Assembly (NCBI GenBank): GCA_041664225.1
Contig: JBAYLE010000001.1
Coordinates: forward strand, 68,939-132,938
Origin: Parcubacteria group bacterium
GTDB taxonomy: Bacteria > Patescibacteriota > Minisyncoccia > Moranbacterales > UBA2206
Length of the DNA: 64,000 bases
Reading direction: 5' to 3'
The notes beneath the pieces were generated by a model, which searched no databases, had not been told where the DNA came from, and was given only the letters and a program-made list of their open reading frames with translations. Numbering within the stretch: the first letter of the stretch is position 1; each line of letters begins with the position of its first letter. Position numbers and translations under genes: made by a program. Shown here one piece after another: positions 1 through 9,761 of this stretch.

Positions 1-72
1 AAAAATATAATCGGAGTAAAAGGCGCTGTTCCGGGAGTGCATGGGAGAGTTGTCGAAATTTTTAGTAAATAA
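1..72 (+). CDS. rplC: 50S ribosomal protein L3, C-terminal end (partial at window start)
   Basis: Frame-1 translation ...IIGVKGAVPGVHGRVVEIFSK* matches the conserved L3 C-terminus; stop TAA 70-72 directly precedes rplD. Confidence 0.6.
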   Translation, partial: KNIIGVKGAVPGVHGRVVEIFSK

Positions 73-73
73 T

Positions 74-724
74 ATGGCTGAGGCCAAGGTGTATAATTTG
101 GAAGGCAAGGAAGTCGAAAGTTTGAAACTAGCTGACTCAGTTTTTGGTCTGCCAAAAAATGATGATTTGGTCCATCAAGTTTTCGTATCACTTTCTGCCA
201 ATCAGAGGCAAGTTTTAGCGGATACAAAAAATCGAGGCGAACGGTCCGGATCCGGTATCAAGCCATGGAGACAAAAGGGGACCGGCCGCGCACGCGTAGG
301 ATCTTCACGAACTCCGACCTGGAGGGGCGGCGGTGTCGCTTTCGGTCCGACAAGTGACAGAAATTTCAAGAAAAAAATTAATAGAAAAATGAATGCGAAA
401 GCGATTGCTACGGTTTTGAGTGGAAAATTGAAAGATGACGAATTGATTATCGTTGAAAAAATGGAACTAGCCGAAAACAAAACCAAGCAAATGGCAGCAG
501 TCCTCAAAAAATTTGATCTCAAGGGAAGAATTTTGATGGCCTTGATGGATGGAGAAAAAAAAGCAATGCTATCTAGCCGCAACTTGAAAAAAGTCAGCAA
601 TATTTCAGTGAAACAATTGAATGTTTGGGATATGTTGAATAACAAAAATTTAGTTTTGAGCAAAGAGTCAGCCAGGTTTTTGGAAGCGAAGTATGAAGCG
701 GAGGATAAACCGGCAAAAAAATAA
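74..724 (+). CDS. rplD: 50S ribosomal protein L4
   Basis: ORF 41-724 with probable start at ATG 74 (MAEAKVYNLEG...); KPWRQKGTGRARVGS motif; S10 operon order. Confidence 0.95.
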   Translation: MAEAKVYNLEGKEVESLKLADSVFGLPKNDDLVHQVFVSLSANQRQVLADTKNRGERSGSGIKPWRQKGTGRARVGSSRTPTWRGGGVAFGPTSDRNFKKKINRKMNAKAIATVLSGKLKDDELIIVEKMELAENKTKQMAAVLKKFDLKGRILMALMDGEKKAMLSSRNLKKVSNISVKQLNVWDMLNNKNLVLSKESARFLEAKYEAEDKPAKK

Positions 725-733
725 TTTAGATAT

Positions 734-1063
734 ATGACTGACAAACAAGCAAAAGTAAATATTTCAGAAAACAATGGCGTTTTGGCCGAGAAGGTTTTGA
801 TTGAACCATGGATTACCGAGGCTTCAACTTTGGCAATGGAGCTTAATAAATATGTTTTCAAGGTTAGCCCGGATTCAGCCAAGGGTCAGATCAAAAAAGC
901 AATCGAAGGCTTGTATAATGTGAAAGTGACTTCGGTTAATACGGTGAAGATTCCTAAGAAGCTTAGAAAATATGGCCGGACTCCAGGGTGGAAATCAGGA
1001 TTTAAAAAGGCGGTCGTAACACTGAAAGCTGGAGATAAGATCGAATTATTTCAAGGAGCATAA
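734..1063 (+). CDS. rplW: 50S ribosomal protein L23
   Basis: 109 aa, L23 fold signature, position between L4 and L2. Confidence 0.93.
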   Translation: MTDKQAKVNISENNGVLAEKVLIEPWITEASTLAMELNKYVFKVSPDSAKGQIKKAIEGLYNVKVTSVNTVKIPKKLRKYGRTPGWKSGFKKAVVTLKAGDKIELFQGA

Positions 1064-1073
1064 TTAGAAATTT

Positions 1074-1907
1074 ATGGCGATTAAAATATACAAAAGAAAT
1101 CATGCCGGAAGAAGGAATATGTCCGTAGTCAAATCTGATTTGGTAACCGACAAAAAACCGGAGAAGTCTTTGCTGGGGGCGCAAAAAAGCAAAGCGGGCA
1201 GATCTTGGGGGAAAATTTCAGTGAGACACCAAGGTGGCGGACACAAACAACGCTACAGAATCATTGATTTCAGACAGGATAAGTTTGATATTCCCGGCAA
1301 GATTGCCGCGATTGAAAAAGATCCGATCCGCAGTTCTTTCATTGCGCTGGTAAACTACAAAGATGGTGAAAAAAGATATATTTTGGCTTCTGAGGGAATG
1401 CAGTCGGGCATGAACATAATTTGTTCTGAAACGGCTCCGATAAAATTGGGCAACCGGACCAAAGTAAAGAATATTCCGGCTGGAACAACTATTTCCAATA
1501 TCGAATTATTTCCTGGTAGGGGCGGGCAGGCAGTCCGCAGTGCTGGATCAGGAGCTATTATGGCGGCGGTTGAAGGCGCAACGGCTCAGATCAAACTAAC
1601 TTCCGGAGAGACCAGATTAGTCAGCAGCGATTGTTACGCGACCATTGGACAGGTAAGTAATTTTGAACATAATACGATTAATATCGGAAAAGCTGGAAAA
1701 AGCCGTTGGATGGGCAAGCGACCAGCAGTTAGAGGAACAGTTATGAACCCGGTTGATCATCCGCATGGTGGAGGTGAGGGCCGACAGGGAATTGGTCTCA
1801 AGCATCCAAAGACCCCATGGGGCAAGCCGGCGCTAGGGAAGAAAACCAGAAAGAAAAAAAGATACAGCAATAAGTTTATAATTAAGCGAAGGGAAAAGAG
1901 AAAATAA
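1074..1907 (+). CDS. rplB: 50S ribosomal protein L2 (basic C-terminal tail)
   Basis: 277 aa; [25 protein letters not shown] and HPHGGGEG motifs. Confidence 0.96.
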   Translation: MAIKIYKRNHAGRRNMSVVKSDLVTDKKPEKSLLGAQKSKAGRSWGKISVRHQGGGHKQRYRIIDFRQDKFDIPGKIAAIEKDPIRSSFIALVNYKDGEKRYILASEGMQSGMNIICSETAPIKLGNRTKVKNIPAGTTISNIELFPGRGGQAVRSAGSGAIMAAVEGATAQIKLTSGETRLVSSDCYATIGQVSNFEHNTINIGKAGKSRWMGKRPAVRGTVMNPVDHPHGGGEGRQGIGLKHPKTPWGKPALGKKTRKKKRYSNKFIIKRREKRK

Positions 1908-1908
1908 T

Positions 1909-2250
1909 ATGACACGAAGTTTGAAAAAAGGTCCTTATGTGGATCAGCGATTAGTCAAAAAAGTTTTAGACAAAAAACCGGGAGACCGATCGGTTATCAA
2001 GACTTGGTCTAGAGCCTCCGTGATTTCTCCGGAAATGGTTGGTTTTACTTTTGGCGTGCATAATGGCAAGGACTTTGTTTCAGTTTTGGTTTCCGAGGAA
2101 ATGGTTGGGCATCGGTTGGGAGAATTTTCACTGACTAGAAAATTTGTACGGCACGGAGGAAAGATGCAGAAAGAAATCGAAATGGCGGCTAAGCAAAAAG
2201 AATTGGACGCGTCTAAAGCGGCCAAGGCCAGCACGGAAGCTAAAAAATAA
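1909..2250 (+). CDS. rpsS: 30S ribosomal protein S19 (C-terminal extension)
   Basis: [12 protein letters not shown]...GHKLGEF-like core plus ~20 aa Ala/Lys tail. Confidence 0.94.
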   Translation: MTRSLKKGPYVDQRLVKKVLDKKPGDRSVIKTWSRASVISPEMVGFTFGVHNGKDFVSVLVSEEMVGHRLGEFSLTRKFVRHGGKMQKEIEMAAKQKELDASKAAKASTEAKK

Positions 2251-2277
2251 GAATTAATTTAGAGTTTAACTACCACG

Positions 2278-2838
2278 ATGAAGGTATCAGCCAAATTGAA
2301 AAATTTAAGAATCGCGCCCCGAAAAGTCAGATTGACTTCTAATTTAATCAAGGGAATAAATGTGACTGAGGCCTTGAGCCAGCTGGAAACTCATGTGAAG
2401 CGGAGCAACCCATACATGAAAAAATTACTCATGAGTGCGATCAGCAACGGCGAAAATAATTTTGGTTTAGATAAAGATAATCTATATATTTTTGATATTA
2501 TCGTGAATGCCGGATCAACTTTGAAAAGGTGGATGCCAAAGGCTTATGGCCGAGCCGGGCAAATCCTCAAAAGGACATCTAAAATCGAGATTATTCTTGA
2601 GGAGCGAGTTGAGGGTAAAGGCCGAAAGAGTAAGGAGCAGATGGAAAAAGAAAAACAAGCCAAGGCTGACGAAAGAAAGAAGGCTGAAAAAGCGGCCAGC
2701 AAAGAAATTGAAGAAAATGAAAAGAAAGAAGAAAAAGCAGAAACGAAAAGTAAGACTGCTGAAAATAAGGAATTAAGCAAAAAAGTTGAGAAGAAAGGCG
2801 GGATTACCAGCAAGATATTCAGAAGAAAATCAATGTAA
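2278..2838 (+). CDS. rplV: 50S ribosomal protein L22 with long Lys/Glu-rich C-terminal extension
   Basis: L22 core (NVTEALSQLE, KRW) ~110 aa plus ~70 aa KE-rich low-complexity tail. Confidence 0.93.
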   Translation: MKVSAKLKNLRIAPRKVRLTSNLIKGINVTEALSQLETHVKRSNPYMKKLLMSAISNGENNFGLDKDNLYIFDIIVNAGSTLKRWMPKAYGRAGQILKRTSKIEIILEERVEGKGRKSKEQMEKEKQAKADERKKAEKAASKEIEENEKKEEKAETKSKTAENKELSKKVEKKGGITSKIFRRKSM

Positions 2839-2870
2839 TTTAAATAGTATCTCAGTAAAAACTAAAAATT

Positions 2871-3527
2871 ATGGGACATAAAGTAAACCCAGTTGGACTC
2901 CGAATAGGCATTACCAATACATGGAAATCCAAATGGTTTAGTAAAAAAGATTATCAAAGCAATCTTGAGCAGGATATCGCTATCCGTACTGCTGTTGCGA
3001 AAAAATGGAAAAGTGCGGCGATTGCCGAAGTTGAGATTGAAAGATCGGCCGCGATGGTCAAGGTTATTGTTAAGACGGCCAGACCGGGAGTTTTGATCGG
3101 CCGAGGCGGCAGTGGAATCGAAGATATGCAGAAATACGTCAAGGATAATTTTTTTCGCGGCAAAAAAACCGGGCTCAAGATTGAAGTTCAGGAAGTCAAG
3201 AATTTTGAAGAAAATGCTTCCTTGATCGCTCAGAACATCGCAGAACAATTGGAAAAAAGAATCGCGTTTAGAAGAGCAATGAAAGCCATGCTGGACATAG
3301 TAGGCAAAAATAATTCTATCAAAGGAGTAAAAATCGAAATCTGTGGCAGATTAAATGGAGCAGAGATGGCGAGGCGCGAATGGTCGGCTAAAGGAACATT
3401 GCCGCTGCACACTCTGCGGGCGAACATTGATTTTGCTCGGGCGACGGCGTATACGACTTATGGGACAATCGGGGTCAAAGTCTGGTTGTATAAGGGAGAA
3501 GTTTTTAATGATAAATTGGGAAAATAA
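2871..3527 (+). CDS. rpsC: 30S ribosomal protein S3
   Basis: MGHKVNPVGLRIGI... KH domain; operon order. Confidence 0.96.
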   Translation: MGHKVNPVGLRIGITNTWKSKWFSKKDYQSNLEQDIAIRTAVAKKWKSAAIAEVEIERSAAMVKVIVKTARPGVLIGRGGSGIEDMQKYVKDNFFRGKKTGLKIEVQEVKNFEENASLIAQNIAEQLEKRIAFRRAMKAMLDIVGKNNSIKGVKIEICGRLNGAEMARREWSAKGTLPLHTLRANIDFARATAYTTYGTIGVKVWLYKGEVFNDKLGK

Positions 3528-3560
3528 TTTAATTGAAAAATAAGGCTTGAGTTCAAATAT

Positions 3561-3977
3561 ATGTTGATGCCAAAAAAAGTAAAACATAGAAAGCATCACC
3601 GCGGAGGTAAGATCCGGGGTACGGCTAACCGAGGAAACGCTGTCAGTTTTGGGAGTTATGGTTTAAAATCTGTCGAAACTAATCTGGTTTCAGCTAGGCA
3701 GATTGAATCTGCCAGGCGTGCGATGACCAGATATGTCCAGCGCGGCGGCAAGATTTGGATCAGGATATTTCCGGACAAACCAATGACGAAAAAAGGAGAC
3801 GAAACCCCGATGGGTAAAGGAAAAGGAGCAGTGGATCATTTTGTTTGCGTGGTCAAACCAGGGAGAGTTTTATTCGAAATGGACGGCGTGAAAGAAGAAA
3901 TTGCCAAGGAGGCGATGAAATTGGCTGCATACAAATTAAATGTTAAAACGAAATTTGTTTCTAGAAATCAAGCGTAA
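3561..3977 (+). CDS. rplP: 50S ribosomal protein L16
   Basis: [16 protein letters not shown]... L16 N-terminus. Confidence 0.96.
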   Translation: MLMPKKVKHRKHHRGGKIRGTANRGNAVSFGSYGLKSVETNLVSARQIESARRAMTRYVQRGGKIWIRIFPDKPMTKKGDETPMGKGKGAVDHFVCVVKPGRVLFEMDGVKEEIAKEAMKLAAYKLNVKTKFVSRNQA

Positions 3978-3987
3978 AATATATGAA

Positions 3988-4050
3988 TCCCGTTAGAATT
4001 TTTAACGGGGGAAACAAGATTTATTTAATTAGATTATAATTCTAACGGGA
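3988..4050 (+). promoter_or_regulatory. Mutually exclusive hairpins in rplP-rpmC spacer (tcccgttagaa pairs either with ttaacggg at 4003-4009 or with ttctaacggga at 4040-4050)
   Basis: Direct reading of inverted repeats; TAACGGG motif recurs at 4270-4277. Confidence 0.4.
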
Positions 4051-4250
4051 TGAAAATAAAAGAACTGCGAGATAAAAATATAGAAGAATTGAAAAAGCTT
4101 TTGGGCGGGAAGAAGGAATATGTCAGAAAGCTTAGATTTGATATATCTTCAAAACAAGTCAAAAATAATCGCGAGTATAGAAACACCCGAAAAGAAGTCG
4201 CCAAAATGTTAACTCTAATTAATGAAAGCAAATTCACCCAAGTTAAATAG
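4050..4250 (+). CDS. rpmC: 50S ribosomal protein L29
   Basis: 66 aa; MKIKELRDKNIEEL... L29 helical pattern. Confidence 0.92.
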   Translation: MKIKELRDKNIEELKKLLGGKKEYVRKLRFDISSKQVKNNREYRNTRKEVAKMLTLINESKFTQVK

Positions 4251-4251
4251 G

Positions 4252-4266
4252 TTCCGCTCGGCGGAA
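4252..4266. repeat. GC hairpin TCCGC-TCG-GCGGA (member of TCCGCC...GGCGGA family), directly after rpmC stop; followed by TTTAACGGGG
   Basis: Direct reading. Confidence 0.5.
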
Positions 4267-4286
4267 ATTTAACGGGGTAAAATCAA

Positions 4287-4535
4287 ATGGAAAAGAATCT
4301 CGAAAAAAATAAGATTGTTATTCGGAAAAAGGGCGTAGTTGTCAGCGACAAAATGGACAAGACGGTGATTGTGGCGGTCGCTGGCTTCAAGACGCACCCG
4401 AAGTATAAGAAAAAATATAAAGTGACCGAGAGATATAAGGCGCATGATGAAGAGAACAAATATAAGACAGGCGATGTTGTTGAGATCGTCCCATGCCGCC
4501 CGGTTAGCAAGGATAAGAGTTATAAAGTAGTTTAA
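4287..4535 (+). CDS. rpsQ: 30S ribosomal protein S17
   Basis: 82 aa OB-fold S17 signature ([16 protein letters not shown]). Confidence 0.94.
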   Translation: MEKNLEKNKIVIRKKGVVVSDKMDKTVIVAVAGFKTHPKYKKKYKVTERYKAHDEENKYKTGDVVEIVPCRPVSKDKSYKVV

Positions 4536-4539
4536 TTTT

Positions 4540-4905
4540 ATGATACAAGCAGAGACAAAATTAAAAGCGGCTGACAATAGTGGAGCTAAAATCATCGAAT
4601 GCTTTAAGGTTCTTGGCGGTTCTCGCAGGCGCTATGCGTATGTCGGTGACATTATTGTGGCGTCCGTAAAATCGGCCGAGCCGCGAGGCATGGTTAAAAA
4701 GGGCGATAAAGTAAGGGCCGTGATTGTTAGACAAAAGAAAGAAATCAAGCGTAAGGATGGATCCTATATCCGTTTTGATGAAAATGCGGCTGTGATTTTG
4801 GAGGGTAAGGAACCCAGGGGGACGAGAATTTTCGGTCCAATTGCCAGAGAAATACGTGATCGAGGATACAATAAGATAATTTCTTTGGCGCCGGAGGTTT
4901 TATAA
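4540..4905 (+). CDS. rplN: 50S ribosomal protein L14
   Basis: [17 protein letters not shown]... canonical L14. Confidence 0.97.
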   Translation: MIQAETKLKAADNSGAKIIECFKVLGGSRRRYAYVGDIIVASVKSAEPRGMVKKGDKVRAVIVRQKKEIKRKDGSYIRFDENAAVILEGKEPRGTRIFGPIAREIRDRGYNKIISLAPEVL

Positions 4906-4928
4906 AGTTAAAAGCTAAGAAAAAAGAG

Positions 4929-5234
4929 ATGAAAATCAAGAAAAATGATCAAATTAAAATAAGCGCAGGCAAAAACAAAGGCAAGTCCGGTAAGGTTCTG
5001 CGTGTTTTCCCAGTTGAAAATAAGATCATTGTGGAAGGCTTGAATTTGATAAAGAAACATATAAGACCGAGGCGCGAAGGTGAAAAGGGCCAACGTATAG
5101 AAATTCCCGGCAAGATGAATGTTTCCAACGTAATGCTGGTTTGTCCTAAATGCGGAAAGACGACTAGAATCGGGCACAAAAATATCGGAGAAAAAAAAGT
5201 GAGAGTTTGTAAAAAATGCAACGCTGAAATATAA
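4929..5234 (+). CDS. rplX: 50S ribosomal protein L24 with C-terminal C4 zinc-ribbon
   Basis: KOW domain (GKSGKVLRV) followed by CPKCG...CKKC. Confidence 0.9.
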   Translation: MKIKKNDQIKISAGKNKGKSGKVLRVFPVENKIIVEGLNLIKKHIRPRREGEKGQRIEIPGKMNVSNVMLVCPKCGKTTRIGHKNIGEKKVRVCKKCNAEI

Positions 5235-5274
5235 TAGTTTTTGCGAGGAGTAAGAGAATTTATAAAAAACGAGT

Positions 5275-5811
5275 ATGACAATAAAAGAATTATACAATAA
5301 AGAGGCCGTGGCTGAAATGAAGAAAAAGTTCGGTTTCAAAAATAACATGCAAGTTCCCAGAATTGAAAAAGTTGTGGTTAATGTTGGAATCGGAAAATTT
5401 ATTAAAGATGCTAATCTAGTCAAAGATGTCACTGCAACAGTAACGATGATTACCGGTCAAAAACCACTAACAACAAAAGCACGCAAATCAATTGCTGGAT
5501 TCAAGATTCGCGAAGGATTGGAAGTGGGCAACAAAGTTACTCTGCGTGGCCGAAGAATGTGGGATTTTTTAGACAGATTGGTCGGTGCGGCTATTCCGCG
5601 TATCCGTGACTTTCAGGGAATAAAAGAATCAGCTGTGGATGGAAGCGGTAATTTGAATATTGGCATCAAGGAACACGTTATTTTTCCGGAAATTATGCCG
5701 GAAAATGTGAAGAATATGATCGGTTTGCAGGTGACAGTAGTGACTAACGCTAAGAACAGAGAAAAAGGATTGGAATTGTTCAGGTTGTTAAAATTTCCGA
5801 TAGTAAAATAA
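5275..5811 (+). CDS. rplE: 50S ribosomal protein L5
   Basis: 178 aa, L5 signature; operon order. Confidence 0.96.
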   Translation: MTIKELYNKEAVAEMKKKFGFKNNMQVPRIEKVVVNVGIGKFIKDANLVKDVTATVTMITGQKPLTTKARKSIAGFKIREGLEVGNKVTLRGRRMWDFLDRLVGAAIPRIRDFQGIKESAVDGSGNLNIGIKEHVIFPEIMPENVKNMIGLQVTVVTNAKNREKGLELFRLLKFPIVK

Positions 5812-5856
5812 ATTATAATTGTAAGAAATTAGTCCCGAATTTTCGGGAATAAAAAT

Positions 5857-6042
5857 ATGGCAAAGAAATCTACAGAAGCAAGGGCAAGAAAGAAACCAAA
5901 GTTTTCAACACGAGAAGTCAAAAGATGTTGGAGATGCGGTCGAAAGCATGGTTATATGCGCGCCTTTGGTATCTGCAGAATTTGCTTCAGAGAACTGGCC
6001 AGCACCGGGCAAATTCCGGGAGTGAAGAAGAGCAGTTGGTAA
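5857..6042 (+). CDS. rpsZ: 30S ribosomal protein S14 type Z (zinc-binding)
   Basis: 61 aa; [10 protein letters not shown]...CRIC zinc-binding C4 motif. Confidence 0.94.
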   Translation: MAKKSTEARARKKPKFSTREVKRCWRCGRKHGYMRAFGICRICFRELASTGQIPGVKKSSW

Positions 6043-6086
6043 TAATATCGAGATAATTAATTGTAAATTTTAGAGATTTATAAAAT

Positions 6087-6488
6087 ATGGACACAATAGC
6101 TGAAATGTTAACGAGAATAAGGAATGCCCAGGGAGCGGGGAAAAAAGAGGTGCTGATCAAAGCATCGAAGTTAAAGTTGGCTATTGCAAGTATCTTGGAA
6201 AAAGAAGGCTTTATTGAATCTGTTTCCGAAGAAGAAATTGATAATTTGAAAAACATAAAAATTGGGTTGAAGTACTACAAAATTTCCAATACGCAAAAAC
6301 TGCCCGCTATCAAGCAGATCAAAAGGGTGAGCAAGGAAGGCCAGCGGATTTACATCCAGAACAAGGATATTAAAAATGTTAAGAACAAATTTGGCATCGC
6401 AATAATTTCTACTTCCAAGGGCGTTATGACTGGAGCAGAAGCCAGAAAAAATGGTTTGGGCGGAGAATATATTTGCGAGGTTTGGTAA
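6087..6488 (+). CDS. rpsH: 30S ribosomal protein S8
   Basis: MDTIAEMLTRIRNA... canonical S8. Confidence 0.96.
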   Translation: MDTIAEMLTRIRNAQGAGKKEVLIKASKLKLAIASILEKEGFIESVSEEEIDNLKNIKIGLKYYKISNTQKLPAIKQIKRVSKEGQRIYIQNKDIKNVKNKFGIAIISTSKGVMTGAEARKNGLGGEYICEVW

Positions 6489-6506
6489 AAATTTTGATTT
6501 AATTTT

Positions 6507-7049
6507 ATGTCTAGAATAGGTAAAAAAACAATAGCTATACCCGACGGGATTGAAGTCAAGCTTCAAAACAACCGTTTGGCAGTGAAGGGTCCCAAGGGAA
6601 CACTGGAAATGATTATTCATCATGAAGTTTCCGTTAAGATTGGAGAAAAGGAAGTTAATGTTGAAAAAATCGGCAAATCCAAAAAAGCCCCGGCCATCTG
6701 GGGTTTAACCCGGGCCTTGATTGATAATATGATCGTGGGCGTCAAGGACGGCTATGTCAAAAAATTAGAGCTTCAGGGCGTCGGTTTCCGTATGGCGGTT
6801 CAAGGCAAGAAGATCAATATGGCGCTTGGGTTTTCCCATCCGGTCGTGGTAGATATTCCAGAAGGGTTGGAAGCCAAGATAGAAGAAAACAATGTATTGT
6901 CAATTGCTGGCCCAGATAAGCAAAGCGTCGGTCAATTTGCGGCCGAGATCAGAAAATTAAAGAAAGTTGAACCGTACAAAGGCAAGGGTTTCCGCTATGT
7001 CGGTGAACATGTAAGAAGAAAGGCCGGCAAGAAGGCGGCCGCTAAATAA
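6507..7049 (+). CDS. rplF: 50S ribosomal protein L6
   Basis: MSRIGKKTIAIPDGIEVK... canonical L6. Confidence 0.96.
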   Translation: MSRIGKKTIAIPDGIEVKLQNNRLAVKGPKGTLEMIIHHEVSVKIGEKEVNVEKIGKSKKAPAIWGLTRALIDNMIVGVKDGYVKKLELQGVGFRMAVQGKKINMALGFSHPVVVDIPEGLEAKIEENNVLSIAGPDKQSVGQFAAEIRKLKKVEPYKGKGFRYVGEHVRRKAGKKAAAK

Positions 7050-7069
7050 TACGCGCATAAGATATTTTT

Positions 7070-7417
7070 ATGAACACAATCAGCAGAAACAAATTAAGAT
7101 TACAGAGAAAAAGAAGGATCCGAGCTAAAGTTAGCGGGACAACCCTCGTTCCAAGACTGGCTGTTTTTAAAAGTTTGAAAGGGGTTCAGGTTCAGGTTAT
7201 CAATGATGAAAAAGGCGTAACTCTAGTTTCTGCAAATTCAAAAGAGGCGAAGGCTAAAAATACTATCGAAGGAGCCAAAAAAGTTGGTGAGTTGGCGGCG
7301 AAAAAATGCTTGGATAAGAAAATTTTACAGGTTGTTTTCGATAGAGCTGGCTATAAGTACCATGGGAAAGTTAAAGCAGTTGCCGACGGAGCCAGAGTTG
7401 GCGGACTTAAGTTTTAA
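7070..7417 (+). CDS. rplR: 50S ribosomal protein L18
   Basis: 115 aa; RLAVFKSLKGVQVQVINDEKGVTLVSA motif. Confidence 0.94.
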   Translation: MNTISRNKLRLQRKRRIRAKVSGTTLVPRLAVFKSLKGVQVQVINDEKGVTLVSANSKEAKAKNTIEGAKKVGELAAKKCLDKKILQVVFDRAGYKYHGKVKAVADGARVGGLKF

Positions 7418-7430
7418 TAAGCACTAAAAT

Positions 7431-7943
7431 ATGGCAAGGGACAATAAAAACTTTAGAGGAAAAAGAGAGAAACCAGAATATGATCAGAAACTTTTAGATT
7501 TAGCCAGAGTTACCCGCGTGGTAAAAGGCGGAAGACGTTTTCGTTTTCGCGCAACCCTGGTAATTGGAAATAGAAAAGGCAAGGTTGGTGTGGGAGTCGG
7601 TAAAGGTAGCGATGTCTCCGACGCAATTAGAAAAGCTTTTGATGATGCCAAAAAGAATATGATTGTTGTCCCGATGCGTAAAAACACGATTCCGCACGAG
7701 CTTGTCTACAAAGTTGGTAGCGCGAAAATTATTTTAAAGCCGGCCGCGCCTGGCAAGGGTGTGATTGCTGGCGGGGCTATCCGAGCTGTGGTTGATCTGG
7801 CTGGAATAAAAGATATTGTTTCAAAGTCTCTAGGAACTTCAAATAAGTTAAATGTGGCTCGTGCCGCAGTGGCTGCTTTTGCGAGTTTGGGCAACGCCAG
7901 AACCAGAAAAGCCAGAATCGGAGAAACTAGCGAGCAGATATAA
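7431..7943 (+). CDS. rpsE: 30S ribosomal protein S5
   Basis: RFRFRATLVIGNRKGKVGVGVGKG... S5 dsRBD; followed directly by L15 (no L30 gene). Confidence 0.96.
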   Translation: MARDNKNFRGKREKPEYDQKLLDLARVTRVVKGGRRFRFRATLVIGNRKGKVGVGVGKGSDVSDAIRKAFDDAKKNMIVVPMRKNTIPHELVYKVGSAKIILKPAAPGKGVIAGGAIRAVVDLAGIKDIVSKSLGTSNKLNVARAAVAAFASLGNARTRKARIGETSEQI

Positions 7944-7965
7944 AAAAGTAAATTAATGCAAGTTT

Positions 7966-8409
7966 ATGCAGATTAATACTCTACAATTAAAAAACAAGAA
8001 AAAGAAAAGGAAGACCATCGGACGCGGAGGCAAAAAGGGGACTTATTCGGGGAAAGGAAACAAGGGGCAAAAGGCGCGCAGTGGAGCGCATGTTGATCCA
8101 CTTTTTGAAGGTGGAAGATCGACCCTGATTGATCACATGAAAAAGAAAAAAGGCTTCAAGGCACTAGACAAGAAACTGGCCACAGTCGCTCTTTCTAGAC
8201 TGGAAAATAAATTCGAAGATGGCGCGGTGATAAATAAGGAAGCTTTGATAAAATCCAAGATTGTTGATAGAATAGACGCAGAGAAGGGCATAAAGATTTT
8301 GGGTGGCGGATCCATAAAGAAAAAATTCACCATAGCCAAAGAAATAAAACTCAGCGCCTCTGCCAAGGAAGCGATTGAAAAATCCGGAGGAACCATTGAA
8401 ACGAAATAA
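7966..8409 (+). CDS. rplO: 50S ribosomal protein L15
   Basis: N-terminal GRGGKKG glycine/lysine-rich L15 signature. Confidence 0.94.
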   Translation: MQINTLQLKNKKKKRKTIGRGGKKGTYSGKGNKGQKARSGAHVDPLFEGGRSTLIDHMKKKKGFKALDKKLATVALSRLENKFEDGAVINKEALIKSKIVDRIDAEKGIKILGGGSIKKKFTIAKEIKLSASAKEAIEKSGGTIETK

Positions 8410-8469
8410 TCACTTAGAGGGCGGCGCAAGTTGCCCTTTAATTCTTTAAATTAATTTTATTATTCCATC

Positions 8470-9741
8470 ATGTTTGAAAAAATAACCCAAATTTTCAAAG
8501 TCAAAGAGCTTAGGAGCAAAATAATTTTTATTTTTGCGATGCTGGTCGTTTTTCGGCTGGTGGCGAATATTCCGGTTCCGGGGGTCGATCAATCGCAAAT
8601 CAAAAATTTCTTTGAGAATAACCAGCTTTTCGGTTTGATTAATCTGTTTTCTGGCGGCGGACTTTCGAGCATCTCGATCGTGATGCTAGGGGTTGGGCCA
8701 TACATCACTTCTTCCATTATCATGCAGCTCTTAACCATGATTTTTCCAAGATTGGAGCAGATTTACAAAGAAGAAGGCGAGGCTGGACGGCAAAAATTCA
8801 ATCAATGGACGCGTTGGGCTACGGTTCCTTTGGCGGCGATGCAGACATTTGGCATGATTTCAGTTTTGCGGAGCCAGAAAATTTTAGGACAACTGAATGC
8901 TTTTGACATGACCGCGTTAATTCTGGTTGCCGTAGCCGGGACGATCTTTCTAATGTGGCTGGGCGAATTGATAACCGAAAAAAAAGTTGGCAATGGCGTG
9001 TCTCTGATCATCTTTGCCGGAATAGTTTCCGGCTTGCCGTCTCTAGTTTCTCAAACTTTTCTGACCTGGGATCCCGCAAAGGCGGTAACCTACTTAATTT
9101 TGCTGACTATGGTTGTTTTGGCAATCGGCGCGGTCGTAGTTATGACCGAAGGCCAGAGAAATATACCCGTGGCCTACGCCAAAAGAATCCGTGGCAACAA
9201 GATGTATGGAGGGACATCTACGCATCTGCCACTGCGCATCAATCAAGCTGGAGTGATTCCGATAATTTTTGCGATGTCAATTTTGATTTTTCCGGTTACA
9301 ATTGCTAAATATTTTGCTACGAGCTCATCAGCGCTAGTTGCCAAGATTTCATCCGGAATTGCTAATTTTTTGGATCCGACACATTTCGTGTATTGGGCGA
9401 TTTATTTTTTGATGGTCGTGGCTTTTACGTATTTTTATACCGCGGTTGTTTTCGATCCGCACAAAATTTCTGAAAGCTTGCAAAAACAAGGTGGATATAT
9501 CCCCGGCATCCGGCCCGGCAAAACAACATCAGAATATCTATACAAAATTATCAATCGGATAACTTTGTCCGGAGCGGTATTCTTGGGTTTAATTGCAATC
9601 TTACCGTATCTGGTGCAGACCACAACAGGACTCAATGTTAGTATTGGCGGCACCGGTCTTTTGATCGTAGTGTCGGTTGTTATCGAAACAGTAAAACAAA
9701 TCGAGAGCCAATTGGTCATGCGTGATTATGAAGGTTTCTAA
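8470..9741 (+). CDS. secY: Preprotein translocase subunit SecY
   Basis: 423 aa polytopic membrane protein with SecY motifs; conserved position after rplO. Confidence 0.96.
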   Translation: MFEKITQIFKVKELRSKIIFIFAMLVVFRLVANIPVPGVDQSQIKNFFENNQLFGLINLFSGGGLSSISIVMLGVGPYITSSIIMQLLTMIFPRLEQIYKEEGEAGRQKFNQWTRWATVPLAAMQTFGMISVLRSQKILGQLNAFDMTALILVAVAGTIFLMWLGELITEKKVGNGVSLIIFAGIVSGLPSLVSQTFLTWDPAKAVTYLILLTMVVLAIGAVVVMTEGQRNIPVAYAKRIRGNKMYGGTSTHLPLRINQAGVIPIIFAMSILIFPVTIAKYFATSSSALVAKISSGIANFLDPTHFVYWAIYFLMVVAFTYFYTAVVFDPHKISESLQKQGGYIPGIRPGKTTSEYLYKIINRITLSGAVFLGLIAILPYLVQTTTGLNVSIGGTGLLIVVSVVIETVKQIESQLVMRDYEGF

Positions 9742-9761
9742 TATCGCGTAAGCGTATTTTT

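Noticed and set aside
202-882. 226-aa minus-strand ORF overlapping rplD/rplW
   Set aside because: Antisense to two unambiguous ribosomal protein genes; low-complexity translation; no RBS.
2546-2776. Lys/Arg-rich alternative-frame ORF inside the rplV extension
   Set aside because: An artefact of the AAG/GAA-rich repeat encoding the L22 tail; wrong frame relative to the conserved L22 core.
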